Part shown: positions 14,407 to 25,063 of the stretch, one piece after another
How the letters are laid out: each line of letters starts with the position of its first letter
Position numbering within the stretch: the first letter of the stretch is position 1
Assembly (NCBI GenBank): GCA_965202585.1
Contig: OZ241826.1
Coordinates: 94,054,001 to 94,118,000 of the forward strand
Origin: Thalia democratica
Lineage: Eukaryota
DNA length: 64,000 bases
Reading direction: 5' to 3'
Position numbers and translations under genes: made by a program
Notes under the pieces: model-generated
Databases searched by the model: none
Told to the model about the DNA's origin: nothing
The model's input: the letters and a program-made list of their open reading frames with translations, nothing else

Positions 14407-14800
14407 CAACTATCAAATCACAGTAGATTGCAACATTAAAACCATCACAAGACAGTAGATCACAACGATACAACTATAAAATCATATCATATTACATCAA
14501 TACAACTATTACATCACAGTAGAACAAAACAACATAAGTATCACAGTAGATCGTTAATACATCTATGATATCACAGTAGATTGCAACAATACAACCATCA
14601 AATCAAATCACATTAGACCGCAACAATACAACTATCACATCAAATTAGACTATATCAATACAACTATCAAATCACATTAGACTATATCAATACGACTATC
14701 ACATCACAGTACACTGCAACAATACAACTACCACATCACAGTAGATTGCATCTCTACAACTATGACATTACAAAAGATCGCAACAATACAACTATCACAC
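14407..14800 (+). repeat. 32-bp minisatellite, about 12 degenerate units
   Basis: Consensus CAACAATACAACTATCACATCACAGTAGATTG. The same unit occurs at 58051-58224 and 62978-63160. Confidence 0.9.
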
Positions 14801-16009
14801 TATTTTTGATAGCATATTTTATTTTTTTATAACTTACAATAATTAGTATTTAAAAAATGTTAAATTAGCAACTTACTTGAAAATTAAGGTTTACTCTGCT
14901 ACAATTAACTTAGATGAAAAATATATTTTATAGACTGTAAAACATCTCTAACTATTTATTTATGTGTACTTATCTAAATTTGCAAGCTAAAAAATAATGT
15001 TTTATTAACTTGTTTTTATAATATTTAGACAATTTAGTATTTAAAAAACTGGTAACATCCCATATCGTATCTTAAAATTTACAATAGTTTATTGCCCTAA
15101 CTTTCTTTATATAACTATTTTGGCTTAAGGTTTGAGTATAACGAAAACAATACTTTTGATAAAAACTTTATAAGGTTTTTTTTTTACTAAATATTCTTTT
15201 AAAGTTTAATGATGAACCTTGTTCTTTTAAATTTTAATAGTTTTTATAAAGAAAATTGCAACCCTATACCTAATGAGCAATTTGCATTGTTTAAATATCT
15301 AGGTGTAGATGTTGACGGTTCAGGATAAATATCAGAAAATTTAAAGATAAATCAAAGATAAATATCAGAAAGATAAAATCAAACAACTGATCAGCTTGGT
15401 TGATGTCCCCTTAGTTACACTAGTGGTTTAATTACTAAAAAATACAAGTGAAACCAATAAACTATTAGTATCATATTTATGTTTTGAGAAAAGTAAATTT
15501 GAAGCATTACTGTTTTTCCTATTTTAAGAAATACTCATCTGCGAAATTGAGAAAATGAAGAGTTATTTTATCATTAAAAATGATAGGTATAATGTGTTTG
15601 TGTTGCTTATCTATAACAAAGTAAACAAGTTCTGATATATTTCCAATCAATTTTTATTTTTCGAATATAAAAAACAGTAAGCTTAAGACTTTAATTTTTT
15701 AGTTTTTTGGAAATGCTTTTTTTTTATTGTGTTAACTTTTAATAAATTAAACAAACTCTATTTCAAGTACAATGAAGTTTATTTTAAACTTAAACGTAAG
15801 TTTATTAATTTTATAACGAACTTGTTTGTAGTTTATTTTGTTAAATTTTAATATTGTTAATATAACAGAATTTATAGCATATATTTATCTATTAAACTAC
15901 AATTGTTTAATAAGCTAGTATATAGGTAACCTTACAGCCTTTAAAGATTTTTTAAAGGTTGTAGAGAAAATTGGCTTTAAGAATTTTTCTTGCGGAAAGA
16001 TGAATACAT

Positions 16010-16290
16010 GCAAACACAACGCTTTGTGCAAAATCTAGTTATAAAAAAGGGATGATTCGTGGAAAATTGTCACCTATGCGAAACTGACAATGTATAAAAC
16101 TGTCACTGTACTAAAGTGACATGCAAAATTGATTAAGTGGGAGTATTTGGGTATTAGGTGGGCATTGATCGTATAGTATTTGTTTCAGAGGGTAGTTGAA
16201 TCGATTGGAAATTAGTTACGCGTAAATTGATTCGAGTCGGGAATTATGGAGCATTGTATGCGGGTTTGAACTGAGAGCGTCCCTATACTT
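16010..16290. mobile_element. Degenerate TIR-element relic(s)
   Basis: gtgcaaaa / aaaattgtcac / aaagtgac units resemble the foldback repeat family. They are followed by a G-rich subrepeat tract ending ...gcgtcccta. No partner end found. Confidence 0.3.
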
Positions 16291-17093
16291 TTACTTATTT
16301 TTTGTTATTTTTAAGCACATTAGTTTTTTTTCGTTCACGTCATACTACCTGATATACAACTCTTAAATTAAAAACTTATTTATTAGGTTTGAAGTTTTTA
16401 TTTACCTTGATAACGATATAAATTTACTGTTGGAAAGCTTCGTCTAAATAACAAAATAAATTATTTTCTGTTTTTTTTAACTAAGTTACAAATGGTAATA
16501 AATTTTTTACTACTTTTTGCTAATTTCTGTCATTTTCTACATATTAAAATTTTTTTAAGTATTTTTATTCTAAGTTAAATAAAAATAATTTTTTTTTTTT
16601 TTTAATTGTACTGGTACGAAGTGAAATATACTGCTAAAGAATAAAGTCAGTAGCATAAAAAATTACAGTAAAGAACAACGAAAAAATTAATCATTTTATA
16701 TAACTTAGAAGAATAAAAAACATTTTAAAAAGTAATTTATTAGCGAAACACTTAATAAAAATATTGAAAACGCAGTAGTTAGCTTTTTTCTAAAATCAAT
16801 AAAATTATGATATTTTTTGCGCTTTTTACTTAATTCAAATTGTAGTTTTAATTAGTATTTTAGCTTTACATACTTATCTTTATATTAAACATACCAAAAA
16901 ATTGTAAATATTTGAGATAATTTAATATTTTTTTAAAATTTTTAATATGAAAACATTAACACTTACAATTTTTTCAAATAGAAAAGAAATTTTTCTATAC
17001 TATTTCTCAGAATAAATTATTATTCATAAGGTTCATAAAAAACTTTTTATTGTCTAAACGGGTGTTGACGTTTTAATTTTGCGAGTTAAAATG

Positions 17094-18541
17094 TCATATC
17101 TCCAGTTTTGGAATCGTCAAAAAGAAGTTGCTACCGTCTGTTGCCGTGCGACAAGATTCAATCGACCATTCATTTTTGTCAGCATCGTAACAAAGAACTT
17201 CAGATGCTTCAAACTCAAAAACTAAAACTTTTCTCCCCATACCTATGGCGTGAGTGAGCCAAGAATATGGAGAATACATGCCAGATCTATAGGTTGGGTA
17301 ATGATTAATAAATACAAATGCGTTTGATGTAGAGTCGTACATTTCAAGGAATTTCTTACCAGATCCTATCGCAAACAATTTGTTCTTTATAGCAATTAAA
17401 CTATGCATCGATGCTCTTTCTTTCATGCTGGGCATGTATGTCCATTCATCAGCTATGTGGTCATATGCCTCAACAGTGTTTAAAGACCCACCGTTAAATC
17501 CACCAGAAACAACAATTCTTTCTTCAAATACTGTGCAAGCTGCACTTGATCTAGCTTCTTTCATGCTTGCGACATTACCCCATGTGTTGTCATTTGTATC
17601 AAAAAAAATACAAGTTGCTGTATCTTTGTTTGCCAACTCACCTCCAATAAAATAAACTTTACCTATAAAGCCACAAGCACAATAACAAACACGATCATCA
17701 AACATATCTCCTACAACTTCTAAAGAATCAGTAGCAGTTGAGTATTTTTCAATTTTTTTTAAATCTCTACCTTCATCGTGTGAACATCCTAACAAGTAAA
17801 CATGACCTTTTAAATATACCACTGGTGTGGTACGATATGGAAAACGACGGTTTTTTGTGAGCGAACTAGCTTTTCTACATCTAATAAGATTTCTACCATC
17901 TATTTTGTCCACGAAACTTGTATTTATATCAACATCGCTGTCTACCGATGAGAAATAGTCTCCGCAGTGCAAGATATCAAAGTTGTTTTCCTTGTAATGC
18001 CTCGTTGTGAAACATGAACTTGGCAAGTGTTTATAGTACGATTCTATATTCTCAAGTATCTCGTTTATTAGTGCTAGACACTCATCAGCTTCATGAAAAG
18101 ATGTGGATTTGTTTAAAACTTGTACCAGAGCAGGTTTTGTCAGTAAAGGGAGGCGAATTAGTAATAAGACATTTTTTGCATGTTTGGTTCTCTCATCAAG
18201 CCTGTAACTTACCCATTCATTTGCCGCGGAGAAAACTTCAATTTCTGAAGTGATGTGTAAGTTAGAGCTTGAAATAATTCGTTTCATCAGTGAAAAATCT
18301 AACTCTAAGAAGTTGTCAGTTTCGGCAACTGTTGTGAACCAAAGTTGAATAAAGTTTAAAGTCAATTTAGAAAGGTCATTCAAGTTGTAAAGTTTAGACA
18401 AAAAATAAAAAGTTGCTACGTTTTGGAGTTTTATTTTACTCTTCATGAGTTTAAGCACACTATCTTCCAAATTTTTATCAAATTTTATTTGGTTAAATTT
18501 CATAACTTTCAAGTATTTTATCACATCTCCCGGAAAGGTAC
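17094..18541 (-). CDS. Kelch-like (KLHL-type) protein, exon 2: degenerate BTB C-terminus, BACK domain and Kelch repeats
   Basis: The 476-aa open frame contains BACK motifs (NVATFY, FLELDFS, SSSNLHITSEIEVFSAANEWV, LLLIRLPLL) and Kelch repeats (VYFIGG, W..VASMKEARSSAAC, IVVSGG..VEAYD..W.YMPSM). Acceptor aactttcAG at 18543-18542 (phase 1); TGA stop at 17096-17094; AATAAA at 17051-17046. Confidence 0.93.
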
Positions 18542-18864
18542 CTGAAAGTTGTTATTTATTTTAACACTAATAAAAACAAAACTGCAATAAGGTTGTTTAT
18601 TCGATAGTATTAATATCAAGCACACTTCAATATACTGTCCATTTTTCAGTGTCTTTAAAAATATTTTGAGATTTTCTTTGTAGATGATTTTAAGAAAAAA
18701 GTAATTCTTGTGTATACATACATTATTTTTACAAAATACAAGTGTTTTACAAAACAGTTCTAAGAAACCACATAATTAATTCAAAGCTTAATAACTGCTT
18801 AATAAAAAGTGATACAATGCTGTTTTTCTTTTTAAATACATACTTCATTATATATGTTTTAATT

Positions 18865-19631
18865 TGGTAAGTGTCAGAAAAGAACAGTGTCACTTTAGCA
18901 CGGAGTGACATTTTTGCCTGAAATAATTTTAAATCTTTTGAAAAGTTTATTTAAATAATGTTTAATTATTTAAAATACTTAACAAAACAAACAAATAGTT
19001 GTGAAAATTAGTTTTAACACTTATAAAAAATATCGTCTTAAAAAAATTATAAATAAACTTTTTACTATGAGCTAAAAACGAAGTATAATAATTTTTAATA
19101 TTTGTATACCTCACTTTTTAATTAAAACTTACGCTAAAAGTTTAGCCGTATTAAAGTTAATTAACGCATTTAAAAAAGTTTAAATAACCCTAAAGCTTGT
19201 ATTTATTGTTAGCTTTGTTAAAATAATCGTATAGCGTAAACTTTAAAGTAAAAGTATAAAAACATTTTCATCTAAAATTAAACAGTAAAACAGGTTTTTA
19301 AAATTTAAAATTTATTTTTGTTATAGTATGAACTAAAGCTTAAACTTGTAACTAATTTAAAGCTTGCTAACTTTTTATTTATAAGTTGCATAGTTCGTTT
19401 TTAGATTTTTAAATAATACAGTACCTAATGTTATTTAAGCAAAGAAAAATATTGCAAAAAACCTTTGTGCTAAAATTTCATTTTTCGGCCAAAGTGTCAC
19501 TCCGTGCTAAAGTAATACTCTGTGCTAAAGTTTCACTTTGTGCTGAAGTGTCACACCGTGCTAAATTGTCACTACGTGCTGAAGTGTCACTCTCTGTTAA
19601 AGTGTCACCCGTGCTTTTCTGAACCGTTCCC
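18865..19631. mobile_element. Foldback/MULE-like element, 767 bp, inside the Kelch-gene intron
   Basis: Ends ..TCAGAAAAGAACAGTGTCACTTTAGCACGG and ..GTGCTTTTCTGAACCGTTCCC. The right arm has about 8 tandem 17-18-bp units (GTGCTAAAGTGTCACTCC). 9-bp TSD GTTTTAATT (18856-18864) / GTTTTAGTT (19632-19640). Confidence 0.85.
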
Positions 19632-19702
19632 GTTTTAGTTAGACATAATATACAAATATATTAATTTAAAACTAAATCTATTATTCATATTACAAAATAT
19701 AC

Positions 19703-19886
19703 CTGCTTGAGAATATATTACACTAAAATCTCTTTCCTTGAAGACAGTTGGGGAACTTTCTCTGCATAGCTTTTGAAAATTTTCTCGCCGTTTTTTTAAG
19801 TTTTTTGAAATATTGTTAACTTTCAATTCACTTCTATTTTTATGGATTTCATTGAAGTCCGATACTTTAAAAATTTTATTTTCCAT
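19703..19886 (-). CDS. Kelch-like protein, probable exon 1 (MENKIFKVSDF...FSVIYSQA-G)
   Basis: ATG at 19886. The open frame ends GCA G|gtatat (donor 19702-19701, phase 1), matching the phase-1 acceptor at 18542. 184 + 1448 nt = 1632 nt = 543 aa plus stop. The junction reads IYSQAGTFPGDVIKYLKVMKFNQI, which echoes BTB IYTG..V..LL..A.FLQI. Confidence 0.7.
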
Positions 19887-20159
19887 TTTATAAGTGCTGG
19901 TTATTTTTATAGATAATAAAAATTTTGTACTTATCAACTTTAATAACAAATAAATATGTCCTTAACTACATTTTTGTATAATATTTTAGGCTTTACAACA
20001 AAATCTTTTAACTTTTTGATAATTAGTGTAGTATATTTTTAACATTATAAATTATTATTTTGAACATTTATGATTGTTAATGTATTTTATTAAAACAAAA
20101 ACAAACATTTTAAAGACTCAAGTAGATTCTTCGTATATCATAAACTAGTCAGTAATTCA

Positions 20160-20640
20160 AATACGCACGAAAACATTTATGCACTAAGGGTCATTTTCGC
20201 ATGAGAGTAATAAAAAATATCTAAAAAAAAACAAGTTACTGACCGAGGGTAAGGGATAAGGATAACAGTGACAGTTAAAATAAAAACTAAAGTACATTGC
20301 AAAGAGAGTTTAAAACAAAACTAAAAAAAGTACCAAAAACAAAAATGAGTATTAAGCCTAGGGTAAGGGTTAGTGGTAAAAGTAATAGAAAAAGTATATA
20401 TCAATATACATAATAAAAATTGTTAACTAAAAAATAAGAAACATAAAAACTATAAATAAATAAGTTAAAATACAATAAAAAATCTAACGACTGAGGATAT
20501 ATATAATAAATTTTTATTTTTTAATTTTCCATTTATGCTAAACTGTATTAGTACAAAAGTAAGCCCTTGTGCAAAATTGATGCCATTCAAAATTTTCTTC
20601 GTGTAAAAATGTCGCTTTGTGAGTATTACACTCCTTACCA
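20160..20640. mobile_element. Older degenerate foldback-family relic
   Basis: A few gcacga/tcatttt units at ~20160-20210 and inverted gtgcaaaa/gtgtaaaaatgtc units at ~20560-20640, around a 6-bp-periodic interior. Confidence 0.4.
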
Positions 20641-21089
20641 ATAACTAATAGTTTTATATACAACTTTTTTTGTGATTTTTAGTAAGTAAAAGCATGTGTA
20701 AGGTTATAAAGTATTTAAAAAGAATATTAAAAACAACAAAAATTAAAAACATTTCAACAAAACAACATAAAACTAACTAATACTGATACTAATAATACAA
20801 AGGGCTACTCTATATTAAACTAGGCATGATAGAGTATTATATTTAAGAGAAAACAAACCTTAACAAATATTTAAAAAATATTTTTCTTTAGAAAATACTT
20901 TCAAACGTGGTCAAATTTTTACACAAGATGTAATCTAACAGGAATATGCTTAGAGAATCAGTAAAACAAAATAAGATCTAACTACTTGAAGTGCAAGCAA
21001 AAAAAAAGGTTATGAAAAATAACATAAAAAAATATTTTATATAACTCAACAAAACAATATAAATGTCTACTCCATAATATCATGTTTAC

Positions 21090-21266
21090 TGCAGCAGGCT
21101 GTGGCTACAAATGCTCCCACCACTCTCTGTTGCTGGATCTTAACTTTATTCAACATTACATTAGTAATGGATTACTGTATTTTGTCTGCTCTTTATTTCT
21201 CCTTATCTTTACTCTATTTATCTTGTATCAGTAAAACACATGACCTTGCAAGCTTTCTCTTAAACA
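21090..21266 (-). pseudogene. Decayed symmetric (phase 1-1) coding exon, helical-looking product
   Basis: ttatcctAG acceptor and GTaaac donor bound exactly 177 nt. Frame VFKRKLARSCVLLIQDK*SKDKEK*RADKIQ*SITNVMLNKVKIQQQRVVGAFVATACC has three stops, each one base from a Gln codon. Confidence 0.45.
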
Positions 21267-22270
21267 CTAGGATAAAGAAGAGCTTTAATTTAAAGATTTC
21301 CATTAAATTTAAATAGTTATCAAATGCAGTTTGATATCCTTTTACACATAAATTTAGTTTGTATATAAAAATGTTTGTTTTAAAACTTGGTTTTATTTAC
21401 AGATGTTTTATAAAATACATGGTCATACTCTAAAATAAATAGTTTTTTGAAAAATAAAGGGCTATAAAAATATTTCCTCAGTTTTTTACAATCATTTTTA
21501 CACGATAAAAAGTATTAATATAAATCAATATGATATTTTATTATAATTTAGCATTTTTTAAATGTTTAAAGTACAATTGTAAATACAATTAAAAATTTAA
21601 ATAAACTATATATTCTCATTTTCTAAGAAAAAATTAAAACGTAGTTCCCTATCAAAAAGTGTTTTATCGTATCTTTAATTTTAATTAAGAAATCTCATAG
21701 AAAATCTGTTTCAGTTGATACTACGACATTACCATTTGAAAAGGTGCTATATATTTATACAAAAGCAACAATAAAACATTATTCTTGTTATAATACTTAC
21801 ATTTAGTTATAATTTTTCAATTAATTATATCAATTATTGAGTCATTTAACAGTTTCTAAACAAACTTGTTTGCAATAAATTTGACCTAATTATTAGAGTT
21901 AATTATCAAATGCCAAATTTAAATATCCTAAAAAAGTAGCAGTCCTACGTAAAATATAGAAGCAAAATTAAATATGTTTGCTCTTAATGAAAATGTTTTC
22001 TAGCTTTTAAGTTACATTCTGCTAAATAAAATTGATGATTTTTTATTAAAAAAATATGTTGCTTAATTTCCATAAAAGTATATTTATTTACTTTTAAAAA
22101 ACTAGAACTAACAAAGTTAAAGCTTTACAATAAAACTTAAATGATAAAAAAAGAGTCCTAACTTGATTTAGTTGAGGTAAGCATGACTTATAACTTTTTA
22201 AACAGTTATTACAAAAATATGTTATTAAGATATCTTACTAAATTAACAAAGAGATAAAAGGTTTTATAAC

Positions 22271-22679
22271 CAGGGTTGACTAATTTATTTTGAGATATTT
22301 CTTTCAGGTTTTTAAAGTTTTTTTTAATGTATTTTAAAAGTACATTTTTTTCGGTCTACTTTTAGTTTAAAGACTAAGTTTAGTGTTAAAAACTTCATTA
22401 AGTAGTATAACAACATTGAATAGATACTTTGAAGCAACTTAAAATGTTTTTTTTTTATATATAAGTTTGTGATAAAAACAAAATTGATATCGTAGAATTT
22501 TAGTGTCAAATTTAAATGTTACTACTTAACATGTTTATTTTGTTAAAATTTCCACTGTTTTAAGTGATTTTTGTTCAAAATTCCCTTTTTTACAAAGTTT
22601 CAAGGATTTTCCAGTTTTCTTTAACCTAAATTGGCAAATTACATGATTTTAAGTGAGTCCAGGTTTCTTGGCAAGCATG
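22271..22679. mobile_element. Degenerate ~410-bp TIR element (CAGGGTTGCCA-type ends)
   Basis: Starts CAGGGTTGAC and ends TGGCAAGCATG. The interior is similar to 23114-23545 and 60470-60657. TSD not recognisable. Confidence 0.5.
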
Positions 22680-23113
22680 TATAATTGACAAAATTAATTA
22701 TTAAAGGATATGTATATTAAACTGTTGATTTTAATTTCATTCAACTTTAAATCATGATTTCTAAATCTTTTTCTTTTTCAAATTGCTTTATTTTTTAAAC
22801 TAAAAAAAACCTATTGCTACCTCCGAGGAGATTTCTCAAAAATCTATAATTAAAAAAGCTTAAGACCTATATTTTTGCTTTTCATCATCAATTTCATAAT
22901 ATTTAGTGTAAATCTTAAGTCATGGCCTTGTGGCGTCACTTTAACATCTCATGGTCCCTAAATTTCTTTAAATTTTGCTCTTTATCATCAACTCAAGAAT
23001 AATTGCAAATTATGACCTTATTGCCCCATTGTGGTCCCTTTACTACTTATGGCCCTCCTTTAGCCCCTTTACTGCTTACGTTCCCATTTTTTTAATACCC
23101 ACAAAGGAGTTGG

Positions 23114-23545
23114 CAGGGTTGCCATAGTTTTTTCAAAAATTTATCCAGGTTTTCCAAAACTCTTCCAGGTTTTTTAAATTTCTTCCACGTTTTTATAAGT
23201 ACACATTTCGAGTCTATTTTTGTTTAAAATTTAGTTTAGGGTAAAAAATTTTATTTAATAGTAGTAAAACATTGAAAAGATTCTGTAAAGCTACTTTAAT
23301 ATATTTAAAAATAGAATAAAAGTTTTAGTTGAAAAAAAAAAAATATATATATATTATTGAGGAAAGTCAAAGTTTTTATACTAAACATGTGAAAGTTTTT
23401 TGAATTCCAGATTTTTTTATTGATTTTGAACAAAATTTCATATTTTTCTTTTTTTTTTCAAAATTTCTCAAGTTCTAGATTTTTCCAGGTTTTTTTAAGC
23501 CTAAATTGTCAAATTCTAGGTTATTTTAGGTAAGTGACACTTCTG
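23114..23545. mobile_element. Second degenerate CAGGGTTGCCA-type TIR element
   Basis: CAGGGTTGCCA at 23114, then ttccaggtttt subrepeats and a ttttccagg..ttaagcctaaattgtcaaattctagg block shared with the other copies. Right end eroded. Confidence 0.5.
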
Positions 23546-24974
23546 AGCTGGGAAATATGGGTTATGAATGTGGATTTAAGAATAAGGAAATGTGGACTTT
23601 CATATATAAAATTTAAGTACACAATTTATATGTACCTTCCTACTAATAGATTTAAGCATGTGATATTATTAGTGGCATGCTTAAAATAAATTAAATTTAA
23701 CTATAAGTAAGCTTTGGTTTATAGATTTTTATATGTTACTTTTAAACATGCTGCTTTTTAAAAGTTTAGGTATAAATAATAAAAGACAGTAAAATTTGAA
23801 AACTAGGATAGTGACTTTACAAATTTAATCTAAAAATAATTTACAAGTGTTTACTAACATAAATCAAATAATAGATAAAGTGAGGCTTTTAATAATTAAT
23901 GTTTGGGAAAAATTTAACACATTCGAAATAAGATAATAATAGAAATTATATTCTTTAAATAATATATTATTTTTTGATAATTTCAACTATATTATAACTA
24001 AAAATTAGTCACTAGCTTTTTTGAATCAAAATTTTATAGAAAAACATTTTGATTTTTAAATTTTGTTTAATACACAAAATTGATAACAAAACACTAGTAA
24101 TGTACTTAACTTTTATAAAATATTTGACATTTCCTGCTACTTATACTATTTGTCCAATTTTTTTTTTAATGAGCTTATTTTATCAAATAATGTGAATTTG
24201 CACTTGAGTCACTGATTTTAGATTCAGTATTCAAAAAATTATTTAAATTAAGGCAGCATAAAAGGTATATATTGTCCTTAAATTTAAGGATTTTGACGTG
24301 TGATTTCAGTTTGATACAATAACTTAAGCTCAAAGAAAAAAAAAACATTTTTTTGTTTTGTTTTTGTAGTTTTTTAAAATATATTCATAAATGTTTTTAA
24401 TACAATTGAAATTTCAAACTATTATACTTATGACTTTATTATTATCACGTGTTTTAAACTTATATGTTAGAACTTTAATAGTTACAGTTTTTTCAAATTA
24501 TTGCCAAGGTTTCGTACACTGTTGTTGACAAGAATTTGGGTATAAAGTAAAGCTTTCGATATACGTAATTTGTTATAAACTGTTTTTAAGACAGTTGAGT
24601 AAGGAATATAGGGTTTTTGTATTAAAACATATTATATTGGTTTGCATTTTCAACTTCTTATAATTGAAGTTTAAAGTAGTTTATTTATTAATTACTTTTA
24701 TTTACAGTAAATTAAAAAATATATGCATATTTCAAATAAATTTATAAGGATTTCGTTGGTAAACTTAAAAATCTAATCTTAATCTAAACTCTTACCTAAG
24801 CACTAACCTAAGAGAAGGTGAGTTTATGTTCTAACTGTAAACAATAAGTATACTACAACTAAAACCTAATAAAAAGTTCTTTTAACATTTAAACTCGTTA
24901 AAGCTCTGAAAGTACAATGTTAGTTATAACTTAAAATATTATTTTTCATAACAACAAAACACTAACTATTCACA

Positions 24975-25063
24975 TTGTTTATTGAACGATAGAAAAACGC
25001 TCAAAAGTTTGGTGTAAGGAACTGGTGTACAGAAAAACCTTTCGGTTATCGAGTCGTACACCA
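24975..25063 (-). repeat. ~90-bp dispersed repeat with a nested hairpin (inverted copy at 38631-38725)
   Basis: tggtgtac...gtacacca stem with an inner AACC-GAAA-GGTT hairpin on the minus strand. Homology to the second copy stops at cgttcaataaacaat. Confidence 0.75.

Noticed and set aside
10028-14800. 17-18-bp and 32-bp arrays as CRISPR
   Set aside because: They are head-to-tail degenerate tandem units with no unique spacers and no cas genes, in eukaryotic DNA.
17380-18253. Plus-strand ORFs 17380-17655 and 18014-18253
   Set aside because: They are antisense shadows of the Kelch CDS.
19428-19622. 64-aa ORF with a (AKVSL)n pattern
   Set aside because: It is the translation of the 18-bp TIR units of the intronic element.
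20245-20380. agggtaaggg / ctagggtaagggttag as interstitial telomeric repeat
   Set aside because: Only two or three imperfect hexamers, inside a TIR-element relic with general 6-bp periodicity.
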